Shown here: one piece after another, positions 1-9,050 of the stretch
How the letters are laid out: each line of letters starts with the position of its first letter
Numbering within the stretch: the stretch's first letter is position 1
From: Candidatus Eiseniibacteriota bacterium
GTDB lineage: Bacteria > Eisenbacteria > RBG-16-71-46 > JABDJR01
DNA: 64,000 nucleotides
Direction of reading: 5' to 3'
Assembly (NCBI GenBank): GCA_963762255.1
Contig: CAVXKA010000002.1
Span: 800,001 to 864,000 of the forward strand
Position numbers and translations under genes: made by a program
Notes under the pieces: model-generated
The model's database searches: none
What the model was told of the DNA's origin: nothing
What the model saw: the letters and a program-made list of their open reading frames with translations, nothing else

Positions 1-746
1 GCATCGTTCGAGACCCCGCTCCCCCGCGACACGTTGTCCCGGGCGCGCAGAGCCAGGTGGACCGTCGTTCCCGGCGTGAGTCCCGTCACGCGAACGTGCT
101 CCAGGGATCCACCGGGGAGCGGAGTGCCCGACACCGTCACCGGCTGCGCGCTCACCCACGTCGCCTCGGTGATCGGGGACGGGGAGACCCGTACCTCGTA
201 GGTGGCCGCGGTTCCCGAGAGGCTGTCATCCCCCGGAGCCGTGAACACCAGGGTCACCGCGTGGGGAGCCGGAAGGGTTATGGTGAGGTCGGTCACCCGG
301 GCCGGTGGCGCGGAGTCCGCGGTCTCGACCTCGACCGTGTTGGAGAACACGGACCAGTTGCCGTCGTCGTCCGCGGTGCGCAGGGCGAAGGTGTGGGTCA
401 CCCCAAAGGTGAGCCCACCAACCACGGCGCTGTCCGGTTCTCCAGGCTTGGATGGATGTGGGATGTCGGCGTCAGCAGGGGCAGCGGATAGCCAATCCGA
501 GGGAGGCGGCGCCGTCGACACGCGCAGATCGTACTCGGCCGCTTGCCCGCGGTCGCCATCATCGCCGGGGGCGGTCCAGACCAGGACCGCCGTGGTCTCG
601 GTGAACGCTTCCACCCGCAGGTCCGTCACTTGCGCGGGGGGCGTCGTGTCCGGGGCTTCGGAGGAGCAGGCGTGCATCGCTAGCGACACAAACGCGAGGC
701 CGACCGCGAGGACGATGCTGATCTCCGTGGACTTATGGACGTTCAT
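1..746 (-). CDS. Fibronectin type III repeat lipoprotein (partial, runs off left edge)
   Basis: Not in the ORF track. My translation from ATG at 746: MNVHKSTEISIVLAVGLAFVSLAMHAC-SSEAPDTTPPAQVTDL...WTAPGDDG...YDLR...GNWS..SN, then a second repeat DSAPPARVTDL...FTAPGDDS...YEVR. Hydrophobic signal ends in Cys; no stop before position 1. Confidence 0.75.
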   Translation of the reverse strand, partial: MNVHKSTEISIVLAVGLAFVSLAMHACSSEAPDTTPPAQVTDLRVEAFTETTAVLVWTAPGDDGDRGQAAEYDLRVSTAPPPSDWLSAAPADADIPHPSKPGEPDSAVVGGLTFGVTHTFALRTADDDGNWSVFSNTVEVETADSAPPARVTDLTITLPAPHAVTLVFTAPGDDSLSGTAATYEVRVSPSPITEATWVSAQPVTVSGTPLPGGSLEHVRVTGLTPGTTVHLALRARDNVSRGSGVSND

Positions 747-990
747 GACTCGAAGGGTACCGCCATGTCCAGTTCGTGTCGATCCGCGCTGATGCGCCGG
801 TGCTCACCCGGGTGATCATCACGCGTTGAGCGAGTCCAGCCGGCTGGACAGGTGCACGCGCGGGGCGGGACGGCGACTGCCGCGAGCGCGAGGCTCGCCG
901 TACGCGCGCAGCGGACGGGCGCTTCAGCGGGACCCGTTCGCGAGCACGCACGGCGACATCGCGCGAAGCGGCGCGCGCCGTCCGTCGACG

Positions 991-3801
991 CTACTTATAC
1001 CCGAACAGCACCGAGTAGATGATCAGCCCGATGATGAGGATCCCCACCCCGAGGAAGATCGATCCCATCACACGAATCACCACTTCTCGCCGGTGCGAGA
1101 TCGTCTTCTTCACGACCCGCTTGGCCAGTTCCCCGGACGCCCGCATCTCCGCGTACTCCGCCGGCCGATCGTGCTTGTATTCCTCGAGCGGAACGACGCC
1201 GGTGAAGACCACGGTGTCCATCGGGAACGCCTCCGGACGGAGATGGGTGTTGAAGAAGTGGACCGTGAAGATGAAGCCGACGGCGAGCAGCGCCTCGTCG
1301 CTGTGGATGATGGTGGCCACGTTGATGAGCCGGCCGGGCAGGAACTTGGTGAAGATCTCGGGGAACCAGAGCATCAGCCCCGAGAGCCCGATCACCGCCA
1401 CGCCCCAGAAGACCGCCAGATAGTCGAACTTCTCCCAGTAGGTCCAGCGCCCGTACTGCGGCCGCGGTCCGCGTCCGACGAACCACTTGAGCGTTCCCCA
1501 GAAGTCCCTCAAGTCCTTCATGTTCGGCGCCATGGAGTTCTTGCCGAGAAGAAGTTGCTTCAGGCTCATCCGCCGCTGCCGCTTGAGTCGCGCCAGCATC
1601 ACGAGGTGCAACGCGAAGTAGCCGAACGTGACCACGGCGGCCATCCGGTGAATCGTGCCAGCCACCTTGACCCCGCCCAGCAGGTTGGCGATGAACCCGG
1701 CCCATGCCATCGACGAGAACTTGAGCATCATCCCGGTCAAGGCCAGCGAGAGGAAGCTCACGATGACCAGGAGATGCGTGAAGCGCTGTGCGGCGGTGAA
1801 GCGCTGGATGTAGTAGCGCGTCTCCCCCTCGGTCTCCTTCCGCTTCTTCCGCTCGCGGTAGGCCTGGAAGGATCGAGGCAGCCACGCCGCGGTGTGGAGC
1901 CCGAAGAACCCGAACACTCCCACCAGCAGCAGCGTCATCGCCCAATACGTGTAGTAGAGCGCGGGGTACTTCTTCTTGTCGTGGTGGGTGGCGTGGGTCA
2001 GGTATCCGGTGAAGCGCACCGACGCGTCGGAGTGGCACTTCTTGCACGTCGACACGATATTGTGGAGCCCCACCGAAGACTCAGGATTGTCGATCCCCAG
2101 GATCTCGTGGGCCCCATGGCAGTCCGAGCACTTGGCCGCCTGCAGGTACCCCAACTGGTAGGCCTTGCCGTGCATGGTCTGAAGGTAGGTCTTGCCCAGC
2201 TCCTCGTGGCAGCTCCCGCACTGAAAGGTCACCTCGGTCATGAACTGATCGCGCTCGACGTTCGTGATCTTGTGCGAGTGGTGGCAGTCGGTGCAGCTCG
2301 GGAGCTTCTCGACGTTCTTCCCCTCCGGCGAGTAGTGGATGCTCTTTACGTACTCCTTGTAGATGCCGCGATGGCAGCCGGCGCAGGTGGCGGGGATGTT
2401 CTTCTTGCTGACCGTCGAGCGCGGGTCGGTGTGCTTGAGCACCATATGGGGCGTGTGACAGTCGATGCAGATGGCGCTGGGAAGCAGTCCCTTTTCGCTG
2501 AGTCCGCGACCGTGGACGCTCTTCGAGTAGTCGGCTAGCGCCGAGGTCTCGCTGAGTTCCGCTGCCTCACCGGCCTTGCCCCCTTCACGGTGGCACTCTC
2601 CGCACAAGGCCGGCACCGACGCCCGGTAGGTTGGGGACTGCTCGTCCTGGCGCGGCTTGACGCCGTGCGTGCCGTGGCACGTCGTGCAGTACGGGGCCTG
2701 CTTGACCTTGTTGGCGAAGGCCTGCCCGTGTCCGCTCAGGTTGTACTCGTCCGAGACCTTGGCGTGGCAGTTCGAGCATTCCGCGCGACCGGCCGTCTCG
2801 CACGGGCGCTTGAGTCGGGGATCGACGTCGTTGTGGCACTTCACGCACGGAATCGTGCTGTGGACGGACCCGCCGGTTTCCGCCTTGTTCACGTACAGCG
2901 ACAGCGTGTCCCCGTCGGCGATCTTGCGCAGTGTCGGCTGCTCGTGACACTTCATGCAATCCCGGTCGTCGAGGGTGAGGGCCACGTTCTCCTTGCGCAC
3001 CTTGTGCGGCAGGTGGCAATCGACGCAGGCCGGAATCGCTCCCGGGGCCTTCTCCCACAGCTCGCCGCGGATGACCTTGACGTGCACCTCCTCGATGCGG
3101 CTGTGGCACTTCATGCAAGCCTTGGCGATGTTGCGGGGCGAGATGGAGGATCGCGGGTCGGTATGCGGCAGAACGGAGTGGCTCGTGTGACAGTCGTTGC
3201 AGGTCGCGGAGACAATCAGCCCCTTCTTGAACAGGGCCTCGCCGTGGATGCTCTCGCTGTAGTTCTCGATGATGTTGTGCTCGGAGATTTCGTACGTGCG
3301 GGCGACCGGCGCCCCTTCCTTGTGACAGCCGCCACAGAGGTAAGGGATGTTCATCTTGTAGGTCTTGGCTCCGGGATCCTTGGGACTGAAGATGTCGTGG
3401 GTGCCGTGGCAATCCCTGCAGCTCGGAGCGTAGGGTTCCTTGTTGCGGAGTGCCTGACCGTGGATGCTGGCGTCGAAGTCGGCCTGGACGTCGTCGTGGC
3501 AGTTGCCGCAGAAGACCTTCTCCAGCCGCTCGGGATGGGGGAAATCCTCCACATCGGCGTCGACATGGCAGCCCACGCACTCGAGATCTTTGTGCACCGA
3601 GGAAGCGAAGATTCCGGAATCCACGAACAGCGAAACGGTCTCTCCCCCGCGCTTGGTCGCGAGCGACGCGTCGGAGTGGCAGTCCAGACACGTCGAGTTC
3701 TCCACGCTTGCATGCGCCGTAGTCGCAAATATCGCGGCATAGAGGACGAAGATGAGGGCGAGTCTCATCCTTCCTGACTTCATCGGTCTACATACCCGCA
3801 T
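991..3801 (-). CDS. Multiheme cytochrome c (19 CxxCH) fused to C-terminal FdnI/HydC-type cytochrome b domain (CbcL-like)
   Basis: Signal peptide (..ATTAHA), 19 CxxCH motifs counted, membrane domain QRF..QRFTH, TIHR, WEKFDY..VFWG, IIHSDEA, TVHFFN with four candidate heme b His ligands. Start could be 3783 or 3768. Confidence 0.9.
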   Translation of the reverse strand: MRVCRPMKSGRMRLALIFVLYAAIFATTAHASVENSTCLDCHSDASLATKRGGETVSLFVDSGIFASSVHKDLECVGCHVDADVEDFPHPERLEKVFCGNCHDDVQADFDASIHGQALRNKEPYAPSCRDCHGTHDIFSPKDPGAKTYKMNIPYLCGGCHKEGAPVARTYEISEHNIIENYSESIHGEALFKKGLIVSATCNDCHTSHSVLPHTDPRSSISPRNIAKACMKCHSRIEEVHVKVIRGELWEKAPGAIPACVDCHLPHKVRKENVALTLDDRDCMKCHEQPTLRKIADGDTLSLYVNKAETGGSVHSTIPCVKCHNDVDPRLKRPCETAGRAECSNCHAKVSDEYNLSGHGQAFANKVKQAPYCTTCHGTHGVKPRQDEQSPTYRASVPALCGECHREGGKAGEAAELSETSALADYSKSVHGRGLSEKGLLPSAICIDCHTPHMVLKHTDPRSTVSKKNIPATCAGCHRGIYKEYVKSIHYSPEGKNVEKLPSCTDCHHSHKITNVERDQFMTEVTFQCGSCHEELGKTYLQTMHGKAYQLGYLQAAKCSDCHGAHEILGIDNPESSVGLHNIVSTCKKCHSDASVRFTGYLTHATHHDKKKYPALYYTYWAMTLLLVGVFGFFGLHTAAWLPRSFQAYRERKKRKETEGETRYYIQRFTAAQRFTHLLVIVSFLSLALTGMMLKFSSMAWAGFIANLLGGVKVAGTIHRMAAVVTFGYFALHLVMLARLKRQRRMSLKQLLLGKNSMAPNMKDLRDFWGTLKWFVGRGPRPQYGRWTYWEKFDYLAVFWGVAVIGLSGLMLWFPEIFTKFLPGRLINVATIIHSDEALLAVGFIFTVHFFNTHLRPEAFPMDTVVFTGVVPLEEYKHDRPAEYAEMRASGELAKRVVKKTISHRREVVIRVMGSIFLGVGILIIGLIIYSVLFGYK

Positions 3802-3906
3802 AGCCGGAATCTCCAGTGCTGTGGTCGATGGTCGTGGCCACCCGGCGAACCTCCCCCCCCGGCGCGGGCCCTAGTGTATTGACTCGCAAGCAGTTCGACC
3901 CCCCCT

Positions 3907-3922
3907 TGAATACGCATATTCA
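3907..3922. promoter_or_regulatory. Inverted repeat TGAATA-cgca-TATTCA in divergent promoter region; putative transcription factor site
   Basis: Perfect 6-4-6 AT-rich palindrome in a GC-rich context between divergent genes. Confidence 0.45.
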
Positions 3923-3994
3923 CATTTGGAAAGCGGGCCGATCGGCCTCCATGCCGTAGTTTGTTGAGGCACCCTGATGGGGGAGGAGCGAACG

Positions 3995-4927
3995 ATGAAG
4001 CGACGGGACTTCTTGGCGACGGTTGGGGGGGCCTGTGCCGCCGGCATGGCAGCGGGAAAGGCGGAAGCCTCATCATCTCCCCATGCGCACGTAAAGGACC
4101 CATTGGGGGTCCTCATAGATGCTACGAAGTGCATAGGCTGCCGGAAGTGCGAGTGGGCCTGCAACCAGGCCAATAACCTCCCCGTGCAACCCCTTCCCAC
4201 CTTCGAGGACAAATCGGTCTTCAAGGAGATGCGCCGACCGGACGCCGGCCACTACACAGTGGTGAACCAGTTCGAAGGCGCTCCGGGGAGCGACAGGCCG
4301 CTGTGGGTCAAGGTGCAGTGCATGCACTGCAACGACCCGGCCTGCTGGTCGGCGTGCATCGTGACCGCATTTGACAAGCATGAGAACGGCGCCGTTACCT
4401 ATGACGCGTGGCGATGCATGGGTTGCCGCTACTGCATGGTGTCCTGCCCGTTCCAGATTCCGGCATACGAGTACGAGAACCCGCTGACCCCCCAGATACG
4501 CAAGTGCACCTTCTGCTACGAGCGCATCGCCAAGGAGGGCGGCGTTCCCGCCTGCGTCGAGATCTGCCCGCCCCAATGCCTGATCTTTGGAAAGCGCAGT
4601 CAGCTACTCGAACTCGCTCACAATCGGATCGGCAACGAGCCGGATCGCTACGTGGACCATGTCTATGGAGAGCACGAAGTGGGCGGCACCTCGTGGCTCT
4701 ATCTCTCCAGCGTGCCGTTTGCGGAGCTCGGCCTGCCGACGCTGGGAACAGAGGCGCCCCCGCGGCTCACCGAGACCATCCAGCACGGCGTGTTCAAGAA
4801 CTTCGTTCCTCCGCTCGCGCTGTTCGCTTTCCTGGGAGGGATCATGCGGCTCTTCCGCCCGGAGAAGGACAAGGAAGAGTCACCTGAGACGGGACGCCCT
4901 AAGGCGGGGATGGGAGGCAAGTCGTGA
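3995..4927 (+). CDS. Tat-exported 4Fe-4S dicluster protein, HybA/HmcB/NrfC-like
   Basis: GGAGGAG RBS then MKRRDFL twin-arginine signal; CIGCRKCEWAC, CMHCNDPACWSAC, CMGCRYCMVSCP, KCTFC..PACVEICP; C-terminal TM helix. Confidence 0.9.
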   Translation: MKRRDFLATVGGACAAGMAAGKAEASSSPHAHVKDPLGVLIDATKCIGCRKCEWACNQANNLPVQPLPTFEDKSVFKEMRRPDAGHYTVVNQFEGAPGSDRPLWVKVQCMHCNDPACWSACIVTAFDKHENGAVTYDAWRCMGCRYCMVSCPFQIPAYEYENPLTPQIRKCTFCYERIAKEGGVPACVEICPPQCLIFGKRSQLLELAHNRIGNEPDRYVDHVYGEHEVGGTSWLYLSSVPFAELGLPTLGTEAPPRLTETIQHGVFKNFVPPLALFAFLGGIMRLFRPEKDKEESPETGRPKAGMGGKS

Positions 4928-6132
4928 GCACCCACGAGATCGCGGCACCGGTCAAGAAGCCCCTCTTCACACGAGGGGTGTTCGTACTCCTCGCCCTCAT
5001 GGCCATCGGCTTCGCGTTCGCCCTCGCCCGTTTCCTGATGGGCTTCAAGGCCGTCACCAACCTGAGCGACCAGTACCCGTGGGGGATCTGGATCGCGATC
5101 GATGTGGCTACCGGCGTGGCCCTGGCCGCCGGCGGGTTCACGTCGGCCGCGCTGGCCCACATCTTCCATCGTGAGCACTACGAGGCGATCACGCGGCCCG
5201 CTCTCCTCACCGCACTCCTCGGTTACACCTTCGTCGTCCTTGGGCTGCTGGTCGACCTGGGGCGCTACTACAACGTCTGGCACCCCATGCTGCCGACGAT
5301 GTGGTCCGGTCACTCGGTGCTGTTCGAGGTGGGCATGTGCGTGATGGTATACCTCACCGTGCTCTACATCGAATTCGTTCCGATGGTGGTCGAGCGGTTC
5401 AAGGGTCGGGTGAACATGCCGGGAGCCTTCCGAGGCCTCAACCGCCCCTTCGAGGGCCTGATGAGACTGTTCGACGCGACCTTCGGTCGCGCGATGTTCA
5501 TCTTCATCATCATGGGCGTCGTGCTCTCCTGCCTGCACCAGTCCTCGCTCGGCGGGCTCATGCTGCTGGCCAAGTACAAGATGCACCCCCTGTGGTGGAC
5601 GCCGATCCTTCCGTTGCTTTTCCTCATGTCCGCGATCTCGGTGGGCTATCCGATGGTCATCTTCGAATCGATGATTGCGTCACGGATTTTCGGCAGAAAG
5701 CCGGAAATGCACATTCTGGCTCCCCTCGGCAGGATCGTCGCCGTCATCCTCTTCCTCTACTTCGCTTTCAAGATCGGCGACATGACGCTGCGCGGGACCG
5801 GGAAGTACCTCCTCGAGGGAAGCACCCAGTCCACCATGTTCATCCTAGAACTCGGCCTGGGGGTGGTCCTCCCCATGGTGCTTCTGGCGTCCAGGCGTGC
5901 GCGCAACTCGCCCAAACTCCTCTTCACCGCCGCCACGCTGGTGGTGCTGGGAGTCGCGTTCAATCGGATCAACGTATTCCTGACCGCCTACACCCCGGTG
6001 TACAAGACGGAGCAGTACTTTCCCAGCATCGGTGAGATCGCAGTCACGGTGGGCCTCATGTCGGGGCTCATGTTCGTCTATCGAGTGCTGGTCACGATCT
6101 TCCCGATCCTGCCTCGGGAAGAGCATGTCTGA
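4924..6132 (+). CDS. NrfD/HybB/HmcC-family integral membrane subunit
   Basis: YPWGIWIAIDVATGVALAAGGF, LLVDLGRY, LHQSSLG motifs; many TM helices; GTGA overlap with the upstream gene. Confidence 0.9.
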   Translation: MSTHEIAAPVKKPLFTRGVFVLLALMAIGFAFALARFLMGFKAVTNLSDQYPWGIWIAIDVATGVALAAGGFTSAALAHIFHREHYEAITRPALLTALLGYTFVVLGLLVDLGRYYNVWHPMLPTMWSGHSVLFEVGMCVMVYLTVLYIEFVPMVVERFKGRVNMPGAFRGLNRPFEGLMRLFDATFGRAMFIFIIMGVVLSCLHQSSLGGLMLLAKYKMHPLWWTPILPLLFLMSAISVGYPMVIFESMIASRIFGRKPEMHILAPLGRIVAVILFLYFAFKIGDMTLRGTGKYLLEGSTQSTMFILELGLGVVLPMVLLASRRARNSPKLLFTAATLVVLGVAFNRINVFLTAYTPVYKTEQYFPSIGEIAVTVGLMSGLMFVYRVLVTIFPILPREEHV

Positions 6133-6156
6133 CGGCCTGGGAAAGGGAGAGGGACG

Positions 6157-7278
6157 ATGAAGAAGTTGGCGGCGGCGATCCTCGCGGGGGTCGCTCTGTG
6201 CCTGTTCTACCTAGCGGCCCCGGCGACAGCCCCCGCTCAGAATCCGCACGGGAACGGCATCGATTGCAAGCAGTGCCACTCGTGCTCCAAACCCACTAAG
6301 GCCAACCCGTGTCTCAAGATGTGCCCCAGGCCCACGACCCCGGTCGTGGGCCAGAAGAACAAGGGGCCGGATGTGGTGATTCTCGATGAACTCGAGGATC
6401 TCTATGTCCCGGTTCGCTTCGACCACAAGGCCCACGCCGGCATGTCGGGAATGGCCAAGGGCTGCGACGCGTGCCACCACTACACGCCGGCCAACACCGA
6501 ACACCCCACCTGCAAGAGCTGCCACCCGGTGGACATCATCCACGAGGACATTTCGCAGCCGGGGCTCAAGGGCGCCTACCACCGGCAGTGCCTGAGCTGC
6601 CACAGCGAGTGGGATCACCAGACCAAGTGCGAGACCTGCCACGAGAAGAAGGCCGGGGGGCGGTTGCAGGGTACCGCCACGGACGTATGCGAGCACAGCC
6701 ACTACGAGCCGGTGGCGCTCGAAGAGCTGATCGTCTTCCCGACCAAGTACGCACCCGGAGACAAGGTCCCCTTCCACCATCGCAGCCACAGCCAGAAGTA
6801 CGAGCGGGACTGCACCGAATGTCACCAGCAGCAGAGCTGCACGCGCTGCCACGTGCAGGGGGGCGAATTGCACCCGATGGGCGACCTCGCCAAGGTGAAT
6901 CTCCACGATACCTGCTTCAAGTGCCACGACGGAGAGCGGTGCAAGGACTGCCACGGGCGGAGCTCGGAGAAGCTCTTCCAGCATTCGGAGACCGGATGGC
7001 CGCTCAAGTCCTACCACGCAGGTCTGCACTGCAAGGACTGTCACGGCACCGCCGGGGTGATCCGCAGCCTGGACAACCGGTGTGTGTCCTGTCACCCGGC
7101 AGGATGGGACGCGAAGAAGTTCGATCATCGCGTCACCGGGGCGGTTCTTGACGATGTGCACCGCGAGGCCGACTGCGAAGCCTGCCACGCGACAGGCCCC
7201 GGTTCGAAGCCGACCTGCGACGGGTGCCACGACGATGGCCGGAGCTACTCGAAGACGACGGGGTTCGGGAAGGGCTAG
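6157..7278 (+). CDS. Periplasmic multiheme cytochrome c (13 CxxCH), cytochrome c3/HmcA-like
   Basis: Signal peptide; 13 CxxCH; class III motifs VRFDHKAH and LKGAYHRQCLSCH; C-terminal FQHSETGWPL..H and FDH..TG repeats. Confidence 0.88.
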   Translation: MKKLAAAILAGVALCLFYLAAPATAPAQNPHGNGIDCKQCHSCSKPTKANPCLKMCPRPTTPVVGQKNKGPDVVILDELEDLYVPVRFDHKAHAGMSGMAKGCDACHHYTPANTEHPTCKSCHPVDIIHEDISQPGLKGAYHRQCLSCHSEWDHQTKCETCHEKKAGGRLQGTATDVCEHSHYEPVALEELIVFPTKYAPGDKVPFHHRSHSQKYERDCTECHQQQSCTRCHVQGGELHPMGDLAKVNLHDTCFKCHDGERCKDCHGRSSEKLFQHSETGWPLKSYHAGLHCKDCHGTAGVIRSLDNRCVSCHPAGWDAKKFDHRVTGAVLDDVHREADCEACHATGPGSKPTCDGCHDDGRSYSKTTGFGKG

Positions 7279-9050
7279 CCCTTCGGCGTGCGCGCGTCCG
7301 CCTCGGCGAGGAACCCGGCAATGAGGGCGTCGAGGCGGGTCTGCCCGCGCTCCGACGCTTTGGAGAAGGGCTCGCCCGGCTCGATGGACGCCACCGCCTC
7401 GAAGTAGTACTTGATCTTGGGTTCGGTGCCGCTCGGTCGAAGGATGATGCGCGAACCGCCTTCGAGTCGGTAGACGATTACGTTGCTCGCGGGAAGGTCC
7501 GTCGCGCTCTTGGCTCCGGTCGCGCAGTCGATCTCCTCACCGGTGCGCAGGTCCGCGCGGCGGACGATACGCGAACCACCGATCGCCTCGGGGGGCCGGC
7601 CGCGGAAAGCCTCCATGATGCTGCCGATGGCGGCAACGCCTTCGGACCCGGGCAGCGTCACGCTTCTCTGCGCGCTCACGTACAGACCGAATCGGCGATA
7701 GATCTCTTCCAGATAGTCGAGCACGGTCTTGGCGCGCGCACGGCAGAAAGCGGCCAGATCGGCGAAGACGAGCGCCGCGCCGATCCCGTCCTTGTCCCGA
7801 ACCAACTCACCCACTGTGTATCCCAGAGCTTCCTCGAAGCCGAACGCGAACCGCCACCCGCGGGCTGAGCGCAACTCCATCGCCTTGTTGGCTATCCACT
7901 TGAAACCGGTGAGGGTTTCCGCATAGTGGACGCCCAATTCAGCCGCCATCCGGCGGAGCTGTCCGGACGACACGATCGAGGTAATGACGAGAGACTCCCC
8001 CTCGCGGGGCGGGTTTTCGGTCAGCACGTAATAGGCAAGCAGGGCTCCGATCTGGTTGCCGGTCAGCGGCTGATAGGCTCCGTCGCGATCTCGTACGATC
8101 ACGGCAAGGCGGTCCGCATCCGGATCGTTGGCCAGGATGAGGTCGGCACCCTCCCGGCGGGCGAGACCCAGCGCCAGGTCCATCGCGCCCTTCTCCTCCG
8201 GGTTCGGGAACGCCACCGTCGGAAACTCGCCATCCGGCTCGGCCTGCTCGGGTACGACGCAGAGCCGCGAGAACCCGGCCCGGGCGAAGACCTGGCGGAC
8301 CCAGGCCCCTCCCACGCCGTGGAGCGGGCTGTAGACGATCGTGAGGTCCGTCGGGCTCTCGGGATGGCGGCGCAGAGCCAGGACTCCGGCAAGATAGGCC
8401 TCCCCCACCGCAGAGGGCACGTCGCGCCAGAGTCCGCGCGCGCGGGCCTCCGCTTCGCCGATGAGCGCCACCTCGCGAAGCGACCCCACCCCGTCGATGG
8501 CGGCGCTGATCCCCGCGTCATGGGGCGGAATGATCTGAGCGCCGTTGCTCCAGTAGACCTTGTATCCATTGTCGGCCCGCGGGTTGTGGCTCGCAGTGAC
8601 CATCACGGCGGCGGCGGCGCCGAGCGCCCCCACCGCATAGGCGGTCAGGGGGGTGGGCGCCACGTCCGCGAAGTAGTGAACGGGTATTCCCGCCGCGGTT
8701 AGCACCGCAGCGGTATCCTCGGCGAACTCCTTCGACATGCGGCGCCCGTCGCGACCCACGACCACGCCGCGGGTCTTCACATCGGGCACGCGGGCCAGGA
8801 GATAGCGCGCGAGACCGGCGGTCACCCGACGCACCACCGCCCGATTCATCCGGCCGGGACCTGCGCCGAGAGCGCCGCGCAGCCCGGCGGTGCCGAATTC
8901 AAGCCGCGCGCGGAACCGCTCGCGCAGTTCGTCGAGATCCTCGCGACGCATCAGATCCTCGAGTTCGGCACGCATCGCCGGGTCGGGATCGTCGGCGATC
9001 CAGGCACGGACCTGTTCGGTGAGCTCCTTCGCCTCCATGATGGTCTCCAC
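7275..9050 (-). CDS. Phosphoglucomutase/phosphomannomutase (alpha-D-phosphohexomutase)
   Basis: FGTAGLRG, TASHNP, DPDADR, GFEEALG, RPSGTEPK motifs. Confidence 0.93.
   Translation of the reverse strand: METIMEAKELTEQVRAWIADDPDPAMRAELEDLMRREDLDELRERFRARLEFGTAGLRGALGAGPGRMNRAVVRRVTAGLARYLLARVPDVKTRGVVVGRDGRRMSKEFAEDTAAVLTAAGIPVHYFADVAPTPLTAYAVGALGAAAAVMVTASHNPRADNGYKVYWSNGAQIIPPHDAGISAAIDGVGSLREVALIGEAEARARGLWRDVPSAVGEAYLAGVLALRRHPESPTDLTIVYSPLHGVGGAWVRQVFARAGFSRLCVVPEQAEPDGEFPTVAFPNPEEKGAMDLALGLARREGADLILANDPDADRLAVIVRDRDGAYQPLTGNQIGALLAYYVLTENPPREGESLVITSIVSSGQLRRMAAELGVHYAETLTGFKWIANKAMELRSARGWRFAFGFEEALGYTVGELVRDKDGIGAALVFADLAAFCRARAKTVLDYLEEIYRRFGLYVSAQRSVTLPGSEGVAAIGSIMEAFRGRPPEAIGGSRIVRRADLRTGEEIDCATGAKSATDLPASNVIVYRLEGGSRIILRPSGTEPKIKYYFEAVASIEPGEPFSKASERGQTRLDALIAGFLAEADARTPKG

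Noticed and set aside
3995-6132. Calling the pair hydrogenase-2 hybAB
   Set aside because: No NiFe subunits or maturation genes nearby; only the family assignment is supported
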